Shown here: piece by piece, positions 1 to 27,700 of the stretch | Position numbering within the stretch: the stretch's first letter is position 1 | How the letters are laid out: each line of letters begins with the position of its first letter | NCBI RefSeq assembly: GCF_009914755.1 | Contig: NC_060938.1 | Direction: 5' to 3' (one strand) | Source of the DNA: the human T2T-CHM13v2.0 reference genome, Homo sapiens | DNA length: 64,000 nt | Position numbers and translations under genes: made by a program | Notes under the pieces: generated by a model | What the model saw: the letters and a program-made list of their open reading frames with translations, nothing else | What the model was told of the DNA's origin: nothing | Databases searched by the model: none

Positions 1-3000
1 TGTGTATTTTTTATGTGAAGCTATTTGCTTTTCAGTGGTAAGCCTCAAAACCCTGCAAATACTGACTTACAGATTCTACAAGAACAGTGTTTGAAAACTG
101 CTGAATCAAAAGAAAGTTGGAATTTTGTGAGATGAATGCACACATCACAAAGTTTCTCAGAATGCTTCTGTGTAGTTTTTATGTGAAGATATTTCTTTGC
201 CATAGTAGGCCTCAAAGCACTCCAAGTATCCACTTGCAGATTCTACAAAGAGTGTTTCAAAACTGCTTAATCATAAGATAGGTACAACTCTGTGAGACGA
301 AAACACACATCACAAAGAAGTTTCTCAGAATGCCTCTGTGTAGTTTTTATTTGAAGATATCTCCTTTTCCTCCGTAGGTGGCATAGGGCTCCAATTATCT
401 ACTTGCAGATTCTACAAAAAGAGAGATGCAAAACTGCTTAATCAAAAGATAGGTACAACTCTGTGAGTTGAATACAAACATCACAAAGATGTGTCTCAGA
501 ATGCTTCTCTGTAGTTTTTATGTGAACATATTTCCTTTTCCACAATAGGCCTCAAAGTGCTCCAAATATCCACTTACAGATACTACAAAAAGAGTGTTTC
601 AAAACTGCTCAATAAAAAGAAAGTTCAACTCTGTGAGATGAATGTACACATCACAAAGAAATTTCTCAATATGCTTCTGTGCAGTTTTTATGTGAAGATA
701 TATGCTTTTCCACCGTAGGCCTCCAGGGGCTCCGTATATGCACTTACAGATTCTACAAAAACAGTGTTTCAAAACTGCTCAATCAAAATAAAGGTTGAAC
801 ACTGTGAGATTAATCCACATATCACAAAGAAGTTTCTCAGAGTGTTTCTGTGTAGTTTTTATGTGAAGATATTTCCTTTTCCACAGTAGGCCTCAAAGCA
901 CACCAAATATCCACTTGCAGATTCTAGAAAGAGAGTGTTTCAATACTGCTCAATCATAAGATAGTTTCAACCTTGTGAGATGAATGCACGCATCACAAAG
1001 AAGTGTCTCAGAATTCTTCTGACTAGTTTTTATATGAAGATATTTCCTTTTCCACCATAGGCCTTAAAGCGCTACAAATGTACGCTTGCATATCCTACAA
1101 AAAGTGTATTTCCTAACTGGTCCGTCAAAAGAATGGTTCAAATCTGGGAGATGAATGCACACATCACAAAGAAGTTTCTCAGAATTCTTCTGCCTTGTTT
1201 TTATGTGAAGATAATTTCTTTTCCACCACAGGCCCCAAATCGCTCCAAATGTCCACTTGCAGATTCTACAAAAAGAGAGTTTCAAAACTGCTCAATCAAA
1301 AAAAAGTTTAACTGTGTGAGATGTATGCACACATAACAAAGAAGTCTTTCAGATTGCTTCTGTCTGGATTTTATGTGATGATATTTCCTTTTCTACCATA
1401 GGCCACAAAGTGTTCCAAATGTCCACTTGCAGATTCTACAAAAAGTGTGTTTCCAAACTGCTTAATCAAAAGAAATGTTCAACTCTGAGAGATGAACGCA
1501 CTCATCACAAAGAAGTTTGTCAGAATTCTTCTGTCTAGTTTTTATATGAAGATACTTCCTTTTCCACCTTAGGCCTGAAGGCTCTCAAAATGTCCACTTG
1601 CAGATTCTACAAAAAGAGTATTTCAAAACTGTTCCACCAAAAGAAAGCTTCAACTCTGAGAGATGAATGCACACATCACAAAGAAGTTTCTCAGAATGCT
1701 TCTATCTAGTTTTTATGTGAAGATATTTCCTTTTGCACTATAGGCCTCAAAGCACTCCAAATGTCCACTTGCAGATTCTACAAAAGAGAGTTTCAAAACT
1801 ACTCAATGAAAATAAAGGTTTAACTCCTTGAGACGAATGCACACATCACAAAGAAGTTTGTGAGATTGCTTTTGTCTAGATTTTAAGTGAAGATATTTCC
1901 TTTTCTACAATAGGCCACAAAGCAATCCAAATGTCCATTTGTAGATTCTACAAAAAGAGTGTTTCCAAACTGCTGAATCAAATGAAAAGTTCAACTTTGT
2001 GAGAAAGGTATAACACATCACAAAAAGTTTCTCAGAATTATTCTGTGTAGTTTTTATGTGAAGATATGTCCTTTTCCACCAAAGGCCTCAAAGCACTCCA
2101 AATGTCCACTTGCAGATTCTACAAAAAGAGAGTTTCAAAACTGCACAATCAAAAGAAAGTGTTAACTCTGAGATGAACGCACACACCACAAAGAAGTTTC
2201 TCAGATTGCTTCTGTCTGGATTTTATGTGAAGGTATTTCCTTTTCTACAATAGGCCGCAAAGCGCTCCAAATATCCACTTGCAGAGTCTACAAAAAGAGT
2301 GTTTCCAAACTGCTCAATCAAAAGAAAGTTTCAACTCTGTGAGATGAACACACACAACACAAGGAAGTTTCTCAGAATTCCTCTGTCTAGTTTTTATGTG
2401 AAGATATTTCCTTTTCCGCCATAGGCCTCAAACCTTTGCAAATGTCCACATGCAGCTACAAAAAGAATGTTTCCAACCTGCTCAATTGAAAGAAAGTTCA
2501 ACTATGTGAGATGAATGCACACGTCACAGAGTAGTTTGTCAGAATTCTTCTGTGTAGTTTTTATTTGAAGATATTTCCTTTTCCACCATAGGCCTCAAAT
2601 TGCTCCAAATATCCACTTGCAGATTCTGCAAAAAGAGAGTTTCGGAACTGCTCTATCAAAAGAAAGATTTAACTCTGTGAGATGAAGGCACACATCCCAA
2701 AGAAGTTTCTCAGATTGCTTCTGTCTAGATTTCATGTGAAGATATTTCCTTTTCTACCATAGGCCAGAAAGCGCTCCAAATGTCCATTTGCAGATTCTAC
2801 AAAAAGAGAGTTTCCAAAGCGCTCAATCAAAAGAAAAGCTCAACTCTGTGAGATGAACGCACACATCACAAAGAAGTTTCTCAGATCGCTTCTGTATAGA
2901 TTTTATGTGAAGGTATTTCCTTTTTTACCATAGGCCACAAAGTGCTATAAATGTCCACTTGCAGATACTACAAAAAGAGCGTTTAAAAATTGCTCAATCA

Positions 3001-3070
3001 AAAGAAAGGTTCAACTCTGTGAGATGAATGCACGCATCACAAAGAAGTTTCTCAGAATTTTTCTGTCTAG
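1..3070 (-). repeat. Divergent alpha satellite (ALR), reverse orientation
   Basis: Tandem ~171-bp units containing ...ccacttgcagattctacaaaaagagtgtttcaaaactgctcaatcaaaagaaaggttcaactctgtgagatgaatgcacacatcacaaagaagtttctcagaatg..., the reverse complement of the alphoid consensus CATTCTCAGAAACTTCTTTGTGATG...; neighbouring monomers are clearly divergent. Confidence 0.98.
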
Positions 3071-3959
3071 TTTTTTTTTTATTATTTTTATTTTTTTATT
3101 ATTATCCTTTAAGTTTTAGGGTACATGTGCACGTTGTTCAGGTTAGTTACATATGTATACATGTGCCATGCTGGTGTACTGCACCCACTAACTCGTCATC
3201 TAGCATTAGGTATATCTCCCAATGCTATCCTTCCCCCCTCCCCCACCACACAACCATCCCCAGAGTGTGATGTTCCCCTTCCTGTGTCCATGTGTTCTCA
3301 TTGTTCAATTCCCACTTATGAGTGAGAATATGCGGTGTTTGGTTTTTTGTTCTGTGATAGTTTACTGAGAATGATGATTTTCAATTTCATCCATGTCCCT
3401 ACAAAGGACATGAACTCATCATTTTTTATGGCTGCATAGTATTCCATGGTGTACACATGCCACATTTTCTTAATCCAGTCTAACATTGTTGGACATTTGG
3501 GTTGGTTCCAAGTCTTTGCTATTGTGAATAGTGCGGCAATAAACATACGTGTGCATGTGTCTTTGTAGCAGCATGATTTGTAGTCCTTTGGGCATATACC
3601 TAGTAAGGGGATGGCTGGGTCAAATGGTATTTCCAGTTCTAGATCCCTGAGGAATCGTCCCACTGACTTCCACAATGGTTGAACTAGTTTACAGTCCCAC
3701 CAACAGTGTAAAATTGTTCCTATTTCTCCACATCCTCTCCAGCACCTGTTGTTTCCTGATTTTTTAATGATTGCCATTCTAACTGGTGTGAGATGGTATC
3801 TCATTGTGGTTTTGATTTGCATTTCTCTGATGGCCAGTGATGATGAGCATTTTTTCATGTGTTTTTTGGCTGCATAAATGTCTTCTTTTGAGAAGTGTCT
3901 GTTCATGTCCTTCGCCGACTTTTAGATGGGGTTGTTTGTTGTTTTCTTGTAAATTTGTT
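3071..3959 (-). mobile_element. 5'-truncated LINE-1 (~0.89 kb), L1PA3-like
   Basis: T-rich tail at 3071-~3105, L1 3'UTR (aagttttagggtacatgtgcac...), then the ORF2 3' end. Diagnostic cactaACTCgtcatctagcattagg (GAG type, not L1HS Ta/pre-Ta) and gtgtgatgttcccc...catgtgttctc. Alpha satellite resumes at 3960; no TSD visible. Confidence 0.95.
3316..3906 (-). pseudogene. L1 ORF2p C-terminal (Cys-rich) fragment
   Basis: ORF translation ...[27 protein letters not shown]... matches the L1 ORF2p CCHC region; no promoter, EN or RT in this copy. Confidence 0.93.
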
Positions 3960-16566
<12,607 letters not shown>

Positions 16567-17346
16567 TTAATTACATCCCATTTGTCAACTTTGGCTTTTG
16601 TTGCCATTGCTTTTGTTGTTTTAGACATGAAGTCCTTGCCCATGCCTATGTCCTGAATGGTAATGCCTGGGTTTTCTTCTAGGGTTTTTATGGTTTGAGG
16701 TCTAACGTTTAAGTCTTTAATCCATTTTGAATTGATTTTTGTATAAGGTATAAGGAAGGGATCCAGTTTCAGCTTTCTTCATATGGCTAGCCAGTTTCCC
16801 AGCACCATTTATTAAATAGGGAATCCTTTCCCCATGGCCTGTTTTTCTCAGGTTTGTCATAGATCAGATAGTTGTAGATATACGGCATTACTTCTGAGGG
16901 CTCTGTTCTATTCCATTGATCTATATCTCTGTTTTGGTACCAGTACCGTGCTGTTTTGGTTACTGTAGCCTTGTAGTATAGTTTGAAGTCAGGTTGTATG
17001 ATGCCTCCACCTTTGTTCTTTTGGCTTAGGATTGATGTGGCGATGCAGGCACTTTTTTGGTTCCATTTGAACTTTAAAGTAGTTTTTTCCAATTCTGTGA
17101 AGAAAATCATTGGTAGCTTGATGGGGATGGCATTGAATCCATAAATTGCCTTTTGCAGTGTGGCCATTTTCATGATATTGATTCTTCCTACCCATAAGCA
17201 TGGAATGTTCTTCCATTACCTTGTATCCTTTTTTATTTCCTTGAGCAGTGGTTTGTAGTTCTCCTTGAAGAGGTCCTTCATGTCCCTTGTAAGGTGGATT
17301 CCTAGGTATTTTATTCTCTTTGAAGCAATTGTGAATGGGAGTTCAC

Positions 17347-18366
<1,020 letters not shown>

Positions 18367-18369
18367 TTA

Positions 18370-19105
<736 letters not shown>

Positions 19106-19119
19106 TTCCTGGATATCCT

Positions 19120-19898
19120 AAAAACACATGAAAAAATGCTCACCATCACTGGCCATCAGAGAAATGCAAATCAAATCCACAGTGAGATATTATCTCACAC
19201 CAGTTAGAATGACAATCATTAAAAAGTCAGGAAACAACAGGTGCTGGAGAGGATGTGGAGAAATAGGAACACTTTTACACTGTTGGTGGGACTGTAAACT
19301 AGTTCAACCATTGTGAAAGTCAGTGTGGCGATTCCTCAGGGATCTAGAACTAGAAATCCCATTTGACCCAGCCATCCCATTACTGGGTATACACCCAAAG
19401 GACTGTAAATCATGCTGCTATAAAGACACATGCTCACGTATGTTTATTGTGGCACTATTCACAATAGCAAAGACTTGGAACCAACCCAAATGTCCAACAA
19501 TGATAGACTGGATTAAGAAAATGTGGCACATATACACCATGGAATACTATGCAGCCATAAAAAATGATGAGTTCATGTCCTTTGTTGGGACATGGATGAA
19601 ACTGGAAATCATCATTCTCAGTAAACTATCGCAAAAACAAAAAAAACAAACAAAGCATATTCTCACTCATAAGTGGGAATTGAACAATGAGAACACATGG
19701 ACACAGGAAGGGGAACATCACACTCTGGGGACTGTTGCAGGTTGTGAGGAGGCGAGAGTGATAGCATTAGGAGATATACCTAATGCTAGATGACGAGTTA
19801 GTGGGTGTAGCTCACCAGCATGGCACATGTATACATATGTAAGTAACCTGCAGTTTGTGCACATGTACCCTAAAACTTAAAGCATAATAATAATAATA
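19120..19898 (+). mobile_element. Sense 3' segment of the twin-primed L1 (ORF2 end, 3'UTR, A-rich tail)
   Basis: Starts aaaaacacatgaaaaaatgctc; ORFs 19128-19316 and 19323-19793 are split by a premature TGA; 3'UTR with tgacGAGttagtggg and gaacacatgg/gggaacatca (PA3-like); tail (aat)n-aaa to ~19900. Confidence 0.96.
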
Positions 19899-22800
19899 AA
19901 ACAAGTTTATCCGATTGCTTCTGTCTAGATTTTATGTGACGATATATCCTTTTCTACCATAGCCGCAAAGACCTCCAAATGTCCACTTGCTGATTCTACA
20001 AAAAGAGATTCCAAACTGCTCAATCAAAAGAAAGGTTCAACTCAGTGACATGAACACACACATCACAGAGAAGTTTCTCAGAATTCTTTTGTCTAGTTGT
20101 TATGTGAAGATAATTCCTTTTCCACCATAGGCCTCAAATCGCTCCAAATGTCCCCTAGCAGATCCTACAAAAAGGGTGTTTAAAAACTGCTGAATCAAAA
20201 GAAAGTTTTAACTCTGTGAGATGAAAACGCACGTCACAAATTTTGTCCGAATGCTTCTGTATAGTTTTTATAAGAAGATATTTCCTTTTCCAATAAAGGC
20301 CTTAAAGCGCCCCAAATGTACACTTGCAGATTCTACAAAAAGAGTGTTTCAAAACTGCTAAATGAAAAGTAAGGTTCAACTCTCTGATGAATGCACACAT
20401 CACAAAGAATTTTGTCAGAATCCTTCTGTCTAGTTTTTATGTGAAGGTATTTCCTTTTCCACCATAAGCCTCAAAGCGCTCAAAATATCCACTTGCAGAT
20501 TCTACAAAAAGAGTGATTCAAAGCTGCTCAATCGAAAGGAAGGTTAAACTCTGTGAGATGATTGCACACATCACAAATAAGATTGTCAGAATGCTTCTGT
20601 CTAGTTTTTTTGTGAAGATATCTCCTTTTACACTGTAGGCCTCAAAGCACTCCAAATGTCCACTTGCAGATTCTACAAAAACAGTGTTTCAAAACTCCAC
20701 AATGAAAAGTAAGGGTCAACTCTGTGAGATGAATGCACACATCACAGACAAGTTTGTCAGAATGCTTCTATCTAGTTTTTATGTGATGATATATCCTTTT
20801 CCACCATAGGACACAAAGCGCTCCGAATGTCCACTTGCAGATTCAAAAAAAAAAGAGTGTTTCAAAGCTGCTGAATCAAAAGAAATGTTCAACTCGGTGA
20901 GATGAATGCACACATCACAAAGAAGTTTGTCAGAATGCTTCTGCCTGGTTTTTATGTGAAGATATTTCCGTTTCCACCATAGGCCTCAAAGCGCCCCAAA
21001 TGTCCACTTCCAGATTCTACAAAAAAAGTGTTTCATATCTGCTCAATCAAAAGTAAGGGTCACCTCTCTGAGATGAATAAAGAAATCACAAAGAAGTTTG
21101 TCAGAATTCTTGTGTCTAGTTTTTATGTGAAGATATTCCTTTTTTCACCATAGGCTTCAAAGAGCTTCAAAAGTCCACTCGCAGATTCTACAAAAAGGGT
21201 GCTTAAAGCTGCTCAATCAAAGGAAAGTTTCAACTCTGTGAGATGAATGCACACGTCACAAAGAAGTTTGTCAGAATGCTTCTGTCTAGTTTTTATGTGA
21301 AGACATTTCCTTTTCCACCATAGGCCTCAAAGCGCTCCAAATGTCCACTTGCAGATTCTACAAAAACATTGTTTCAAAACTGCACAATCAAAAGAAAGGT
21401 TCAACTCTGTGAGATGAATGCACACATCTCAAAGAAGTGTGTCAGAATGCTTCTCTCTAGTTATTACGTAAAGATACTTATTTTTCCACCAGACACCAAA
21501 AAGCGCTCCAAATGTCCACTTGCGGATTCTACAAAAAGAGTGTTTCAAAGCTGCTCGATCAAAAGAAAGTTCAACTCTGTGAGATGAATGCACACATCAA
21601 AAAGAAGTTTGTCAGAATGCTTCTGTCTGGTTTTTATGTGAAGATATTACCCTTTCCACCATGGGCCTCAAAGTGCTCAAAATGTCCACATCCAGATTCT
21701 ACAAAAGGAGAGTATGAAAGCTGGTCAATCAAAATAAAGTTTCAACTCTGTGAGATGAATGCACACATCACAAAGAAGTTTGTCACAATGCTTCTGTCTA
21801 GTTTTAATGTGAAGATTTTTCCTTTTCCACCATTGGTGTCACAGCGCTCTAAATGTCCACTTGCAAATTCTACAATAACAGTGTTTTAAAACTGCTCAAT
21901 GAAAAGTAAGATTCAACTTTGTGAGATGAATGCACACATGATGAAGAAATTTGTCAAGATGCTTCTGTCTAGTTCTCATGTGAAGATATTTCCTTTTCCA
22001 CCATAGGCTTCAAATCACTCCAAATGTCCACTTGCAAATAGTACAAAAAGCGTCTTTCAAAACTCCTCAATCAAAAGTAAGATTCAATTCTGTGAGATGA
22101 ATGCACACATCACAAAGAAGTTTGGTAGAATGCTTCTGTCTAGTTTTTATCTGAAGATATTTCCTTTTCCACCATAGGCCTCAAAGTGTTCCAAATGACC
22201 ACTTGCAGATCCTACAAAAAGAGTGTTTCAAAGCTGCTCAATCTAAAGAAAGGTTCAACTCTGTGGGATGAATGCACACATCACAAAGAAATTTCTCACC
22301 ATGCTTCTGTCTAGTTATTAAAGGAAGATATTTCGTTATCCACCATAGGAATCAAGGTGCTCCAAATGTCTACTTGCAGATTCTACAAAAAGAGTGTTTC
22401 AAAACTGCTCAATGAAAAGGAAGGTTCAACACTGTGATATGAATGCACACATCACAAATAAGTTTGACAGAATGCTTCTGAGTAGTTTTTATGTGAAGAT
22501 ATTCCTTTTCCACCATTGGCCTCAAAGCGCTCCACATGTCCGCTTGCAGATTCTACAGAAACAGTGTTTCAAAACTGCTCAATCAAAAGAAAGGCCCAAC
22601 TCTGTGAGATGAATGCACACATCACAAAATTTTTTCAGAATGCTTCTTTCTAGTTTTTATGTGAAGATATTTCATTTTCCACCATAGGCCTCAAAGTGCT
22701 CCAAATGTCTGTGTGCAGATTCTACAAAAAGAGTGTTTCAAATTGGTCATTCAAAACTAATTTTCAACTCCATAAGATGAATGCACCCATTATGACGAAG

Positions 22801-24788
22801 TTTGTCAGAATCTTTCTCCATAGTTTTTATGTGAAGATATTTCCTTTTCCACCATAGGCCTCAAAGCACTCCAAAAGTTCACTTGCAGATTCTACAAAAA
22901 GAGTGTTTTTAAGCTGCTCAAACAAAAGAAAAGTTCAACTCTGTGAGATGAATGCACACATCACAAAGAAGTTTCTCATTATGCTTATGTCTAGTTTTTA
23001 TGTGAAGATATTTCCTTTTCCATCATAGTCCTCAAAGTGCTCCAAATGTCCAGTTGCAGATTTTACAAAAAGAGTGTTTCAAAACTGTTCAATCAAAAGA
23101 AAATTTCAACTCTGTGACATGAATGCACACATCCCAAAGAAATCTCTCAGAATGCTTCTGTCTAATTTTTAATTGAAGATCTTTCTTTTTCCACCATAGG
23201 CCTCAAAGCACTCAAATGTCCACTTGCCAATTCTACAAAAAGAGGGTTTCCAAACTACTCAATCAAAGGAAAGGTTCAACTCTGTGAGATAAATGCACAC
23301 ATCACAAAGGAATTTGTCAGAATGTTTCTGTCTGGTTTTTATGCGAAGATATTTCCTTCTCCACCATAGGCCTCAAAGCACTCCAAATATCTACTTCCAG
23401 ATAGTACAAAAAGTGTGTTTCAAAACCGCTCAATCACAAGCAATGTTCAACTCTATGAGATGAATGCACACATCACAAAGTATTTTCTCAGAATGATTCA
23501 GTCTAGTTTTTATGTGAAGATATTCCCTTTTCCACCATAGTTTGCAAAGCGCAGCAAATGTCCACTTGCAGATTCTACAAAAAGAGTGTTTCAAAGCTGC
23601 TCAATCAAAAGAAATATTCAGCTCTGTGAGAGGAATGCACACATCACAAAGAAGTTTCTCAGAATGCTTCTGTCTAGTTAATATGTGAAGATATTTCGTT
23701 TTGCATCATAGGCCTCAAAGCGCTCCAAATGACCAATTGCAGATTCTACAAAATGAGTGTTTCAAAACTGCTCAATCGAATGTAAGGTTCAACCATTTGA
23801 GATGAATGCAGACATCACAAAGAAGTTTGTCAGGTTGCTTCTGTCTAGTTTTTATGTGAGATGATTCCTTTTCCAACATAGGCTGCAAAGCGCTCCAAAT
23901 GTCCTATTGCAGATTCTACAAAAAGAGTTTTTCCAAACTGCTCATTCATAGGAAAGGTTCAACTCTCTGAGATGAATGCACACATCACAAAGAAGTACCT
24001 CAGAAAGCTTCTGTCTAGTTTTAATGTGAAGATATTTCCTTTTCCAACATAGGCCTCTAAGTGGCCAAATGTCCACGTGGAAATTCTACAAAGAGTGTTT
24101 CACAACTGCTCAATCGAAAGAAAGATTAAACTCTGTGAGATAAATTATCACATCAGTAAGAATTTTCTAAGAATGATCCTGTCTAGGTTTTATGTGACGT
24201 TTTTACCTTTTCGACAATAGGCCTCAAAGCGCTCCAAGTGTACACTTGCAAATTCTACAAAAAGAGTTTTTCAAAACTGCTCAATGCAAAGGAAGTTTCA
24301 ACTCCATAAGATGAATGCACGCATCACAAAGGAGTTTGTCAGAATGTTTCAGAATAGTTTTTATGTGAATATATTTCCTTTTCCACCATAGGTCACAAAG
24401 CCCTCCAAATGTCCATTTGCAGATTCTACAAAAAGAGTGTTTCAAAACTGCTCAATCAAAAGAATGGTTCAACTCTGTGAGATGAATGCACACATCACAA
24501 AGAAGTTTGTCAGAAAGTTTCTGTCTAGTTCTTAAGTGAAGATACTTCCTTTTTGACCATAGGCCTCATAGCGCTCCAAATATCCAGTTGCAGATTCTAC
24601 AGAGAGTTACCAAATTACTCAATTGAAAGAAATGTTCAACTCTGTGAGATGAGTGCACACATCTCAAAGAAATTTGTCAGAATGCTTCTGTCTAGTTTTT
24701 ATGTGAAGATATTTCCTTATCCACCATAGGCCTCAATGCACTCCAAAAGTCCACTTGCAGATAGCACAAAAATTGTGTTTCAGAACTG
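19899..24788 (-). repeat. Divergent alpha satellite, reverse orientation (mostly the tttgtcagaatgc layer from ~20230)
   Basis: ~171-bp units; from ~20230 most monomers read aagaagtttGtcagaatgcttc, often with caaagctgc and aaaagtaagg. Confidence 0.97.
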
Positions 24789-27700
24789 GAAAGAAACATT
24801 CTGACAAACTTCTTTGTGATGTGTGCCTTCATCTCACGGAGTTGAACATTTCTGTTGATGGAGCAGTTTTAAAACACTCTTTTTGTAGATTCTACAAGTG
24901 TACAATTGGAGTGCTTTGAGGACTACGGTGGAAAAGGAAATATCTTCACATAAAAATTAGACAGAAGCATTCTGACAAACTGCCTTGTGATGTGTGCATT
25001 CATCTCACAGAGTTGAACATTTCTTTTGATTGAACAGTTTTGAAACACTCTTGTTGTACAATCTGCAAGTGGACATTTGGAGCATTTTGAGACCTATGGT
25101 GGAGAAGGAAATATCTTCACATAAAAACGAGAAAAAAGAATTCTGAGAAACTCCTGTGTTGAGTGTGTTCATCTCACAGAGTTGAGCCTCTCTTTTTATT
25201 GAACAGTTTGGAAACACTCTTTTTGTAGCACCTGCAAGTGGACATTTGGAACAATTTCAGGCATATGGTGAAAAAGGAAATATATTCACATAAAAACTAG
25301 ACAGGAGCGTTCTGACAAACTTCTTTGTGATATGTGCATTCATCTCACCGAGGTGAAACTTTGTTTTGATTGAACAGCTTTGAAACACTCTTTTTGTAGT
25401 ATATGCAAGTGGACATTTGGAGCGCTTTGAGGCCTATAGTGGATAACCAAATATATTCATATAATAACTAGACAGAAGCATTCTGAGAAACTTCTTTGTG
25501 ATGTGTGCATTCATTTCACACTGATTCGAACCTTTCTTTTGATTGATCATCTTTGAAACACTCTTTTTGTAGAATCAGCAAGTGGACATTTGGAGTGCTT
25601 TGAGGCCTATGGTGGAAAAGGAAATATCTTCACATAAAAACCAGACAGAAGCATTCTGACAAACTTCTTTGTGATGTGTGCATTCATCTCACAGAGTTGA
25701 ACCTTACTTTTCATTGAGCAATTTTGAAACACTCTTTTTGTAGAATCTGCAAGTGAGCAATTGGAGGACTTTGAGTCCTATTGAGGAAAAGGAAATGTCT
25801 TCACATAAAAACTAGACAGAACCCTGCTGAGAAACTTCTTTGTGATGTGTGCATTCGTCTCACAGGGTTAAACCTTGCTTTTCATTGAGAAGCTTTGAAA
25901 CACTCTTTTTGTAGAATCTACAAGTGGACATTTGGAGCACTATGAGGCCTATGGTGGAAAAGGAAATATCTTCACATAAAAACTAGACAGACCATTCTGA
26001 CAAACTTCTTTGTGTTGTGTGCATTCATCTCACAGAGTTGAACCTTACTTTTCATTGAGCAGTTTTGAAACACTCTTTTTGTAGTGTCTGCAAGTGGACA
26101 TTTGGAGCGCTTTGAGGCCTATGGTGGAAAAGTAAATATCTTCAGGTTAAAAGTAGACAGATGCATTCTGAGAAACTTCTTTGTGATGTGTGCATTCATC
26201 TCACAGAGTTGAACTTTTCTTTTGATTGAACAACTTTGAAACACTCTTTTTGTAGAATCTGCAAGTGGACATTTGGAGAGCTTTGAGACCTATGGTGGAA
26301 AAGGAAAAATCTTCACATACAAACTAGACAGAAGCATTCTGACAAACTTCTTTGTGATGTGTGCACTCATCTCACAGAGTTGAACCTTATTTTTCATTGA
26401 GCAGTTTTGAAATACTCTTTGTAGAATCTGCAAGTGGACATTTTGAGCGCTTTGAGGCCTATGGTGGAAAAAGAATTATCTTCACATAAAAACTAGACAG
26501 AAGCATTCTGACAACCTTCTTTGTGATATGTGAATTCATCTCACTGAGTTGAATCTTACTTTTGATTTAGCAGTTTTGAAACACCCTTTTTGAAATATCT
26601 ACCAGTGGACATTTTGTGCGCTTCGAGGTATATGGTGGAAAAGGAAATATCTTCACATAAGAACTAGACAGAAGTATTCTGAGAAATTTCTTTGCTATGT
26701 GTGCATTCATCCCACAGAGTTGAACCTTACTTTCGATTGAGCAGTTTTGAAACACTCTCTTTGTAGAATCTGCAAGTGGACATTTGCTGCACTTTGAGGC
26801 CTATGGTGGTTAACAAAATATCTTCATATAATAACTAGATGGAAGCATTATGAAAAACTTCTTTGTGATGTGTGTTTTCATCTTACCGAGTGGAACCTTT
26901 CTTTTGATTGAGCAGCTCTGAAACACTCTTATTGTAACATCTGCAATTGGACATTTGGAGTGCTTTGAGGTCTTTGGAGGAAAAGGAAATATCTGCACAT
27001 AAAAACCAGAAAGAAGCTTTCTGACAAACTCCTTTGTGATGTGTGAATTCATCTCACAGAATTCAACCTTACTTTTGATTGAGCAGTTTTGAAACACCCT
27101 TTTTGTAGTATCTACAAGTGGACATTTGGAGTGCTTTGAGGCCTATGGTGGAAAAGGAAATATCTTCACATAAGAACTAGGCAGAAGGATTCTGAGAAAT
27201 TCCTTTGTGATGTGTGCATTCATCTCACAGAGTTGAACCTTACTTTCAATTAAGCAGTTTTGAAACACTCTTTTTTGTAGAATCTGCAAGCGGATATTTG
27301 CTGCACTTTGAGGCCTATGGTGGTTAATGAAATATCTTCATATAATAACTAGACAGAAGCATTATGACAAACTTCTTTATGATGTGTGCATTCGTCTCAC
27401 AGAGTGGAACCTTTCTTTTGATTGAGCAGCTCTCAAACACTCTTTTTGTAGCATCTGCAATTGGACATTTGGAGTGCTTTGAGGCCTTTGGTGGAAAAGG
27501 AAATATTTTCACATAAAAAACAGAAAGAAGCTTTCTGACAAACTTCTTTGTGATGTGTGTCTTCAGCTCACAGAGTCGAACCTTTCTTTTGATTGAGCAG
27601 TTTGGAAATCCTCTTTTTGTAGAATCTGCAAGTGGACATTTGGAGTGTTTTGAGGCCTATGGTGGAAAAGGAAATATCTTCACATAAGAACTAGGCAGAA

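Noticed and set aside
3870-3959. The first L1's truncation point lies within ~90 nt (in L1 coordinates) of the second L1's inversion point
   Set aside because: Truncations and inversions are commonly concentrated in the 3' kilobase; the breakpoints and target sites differ, so coincidence suffices.
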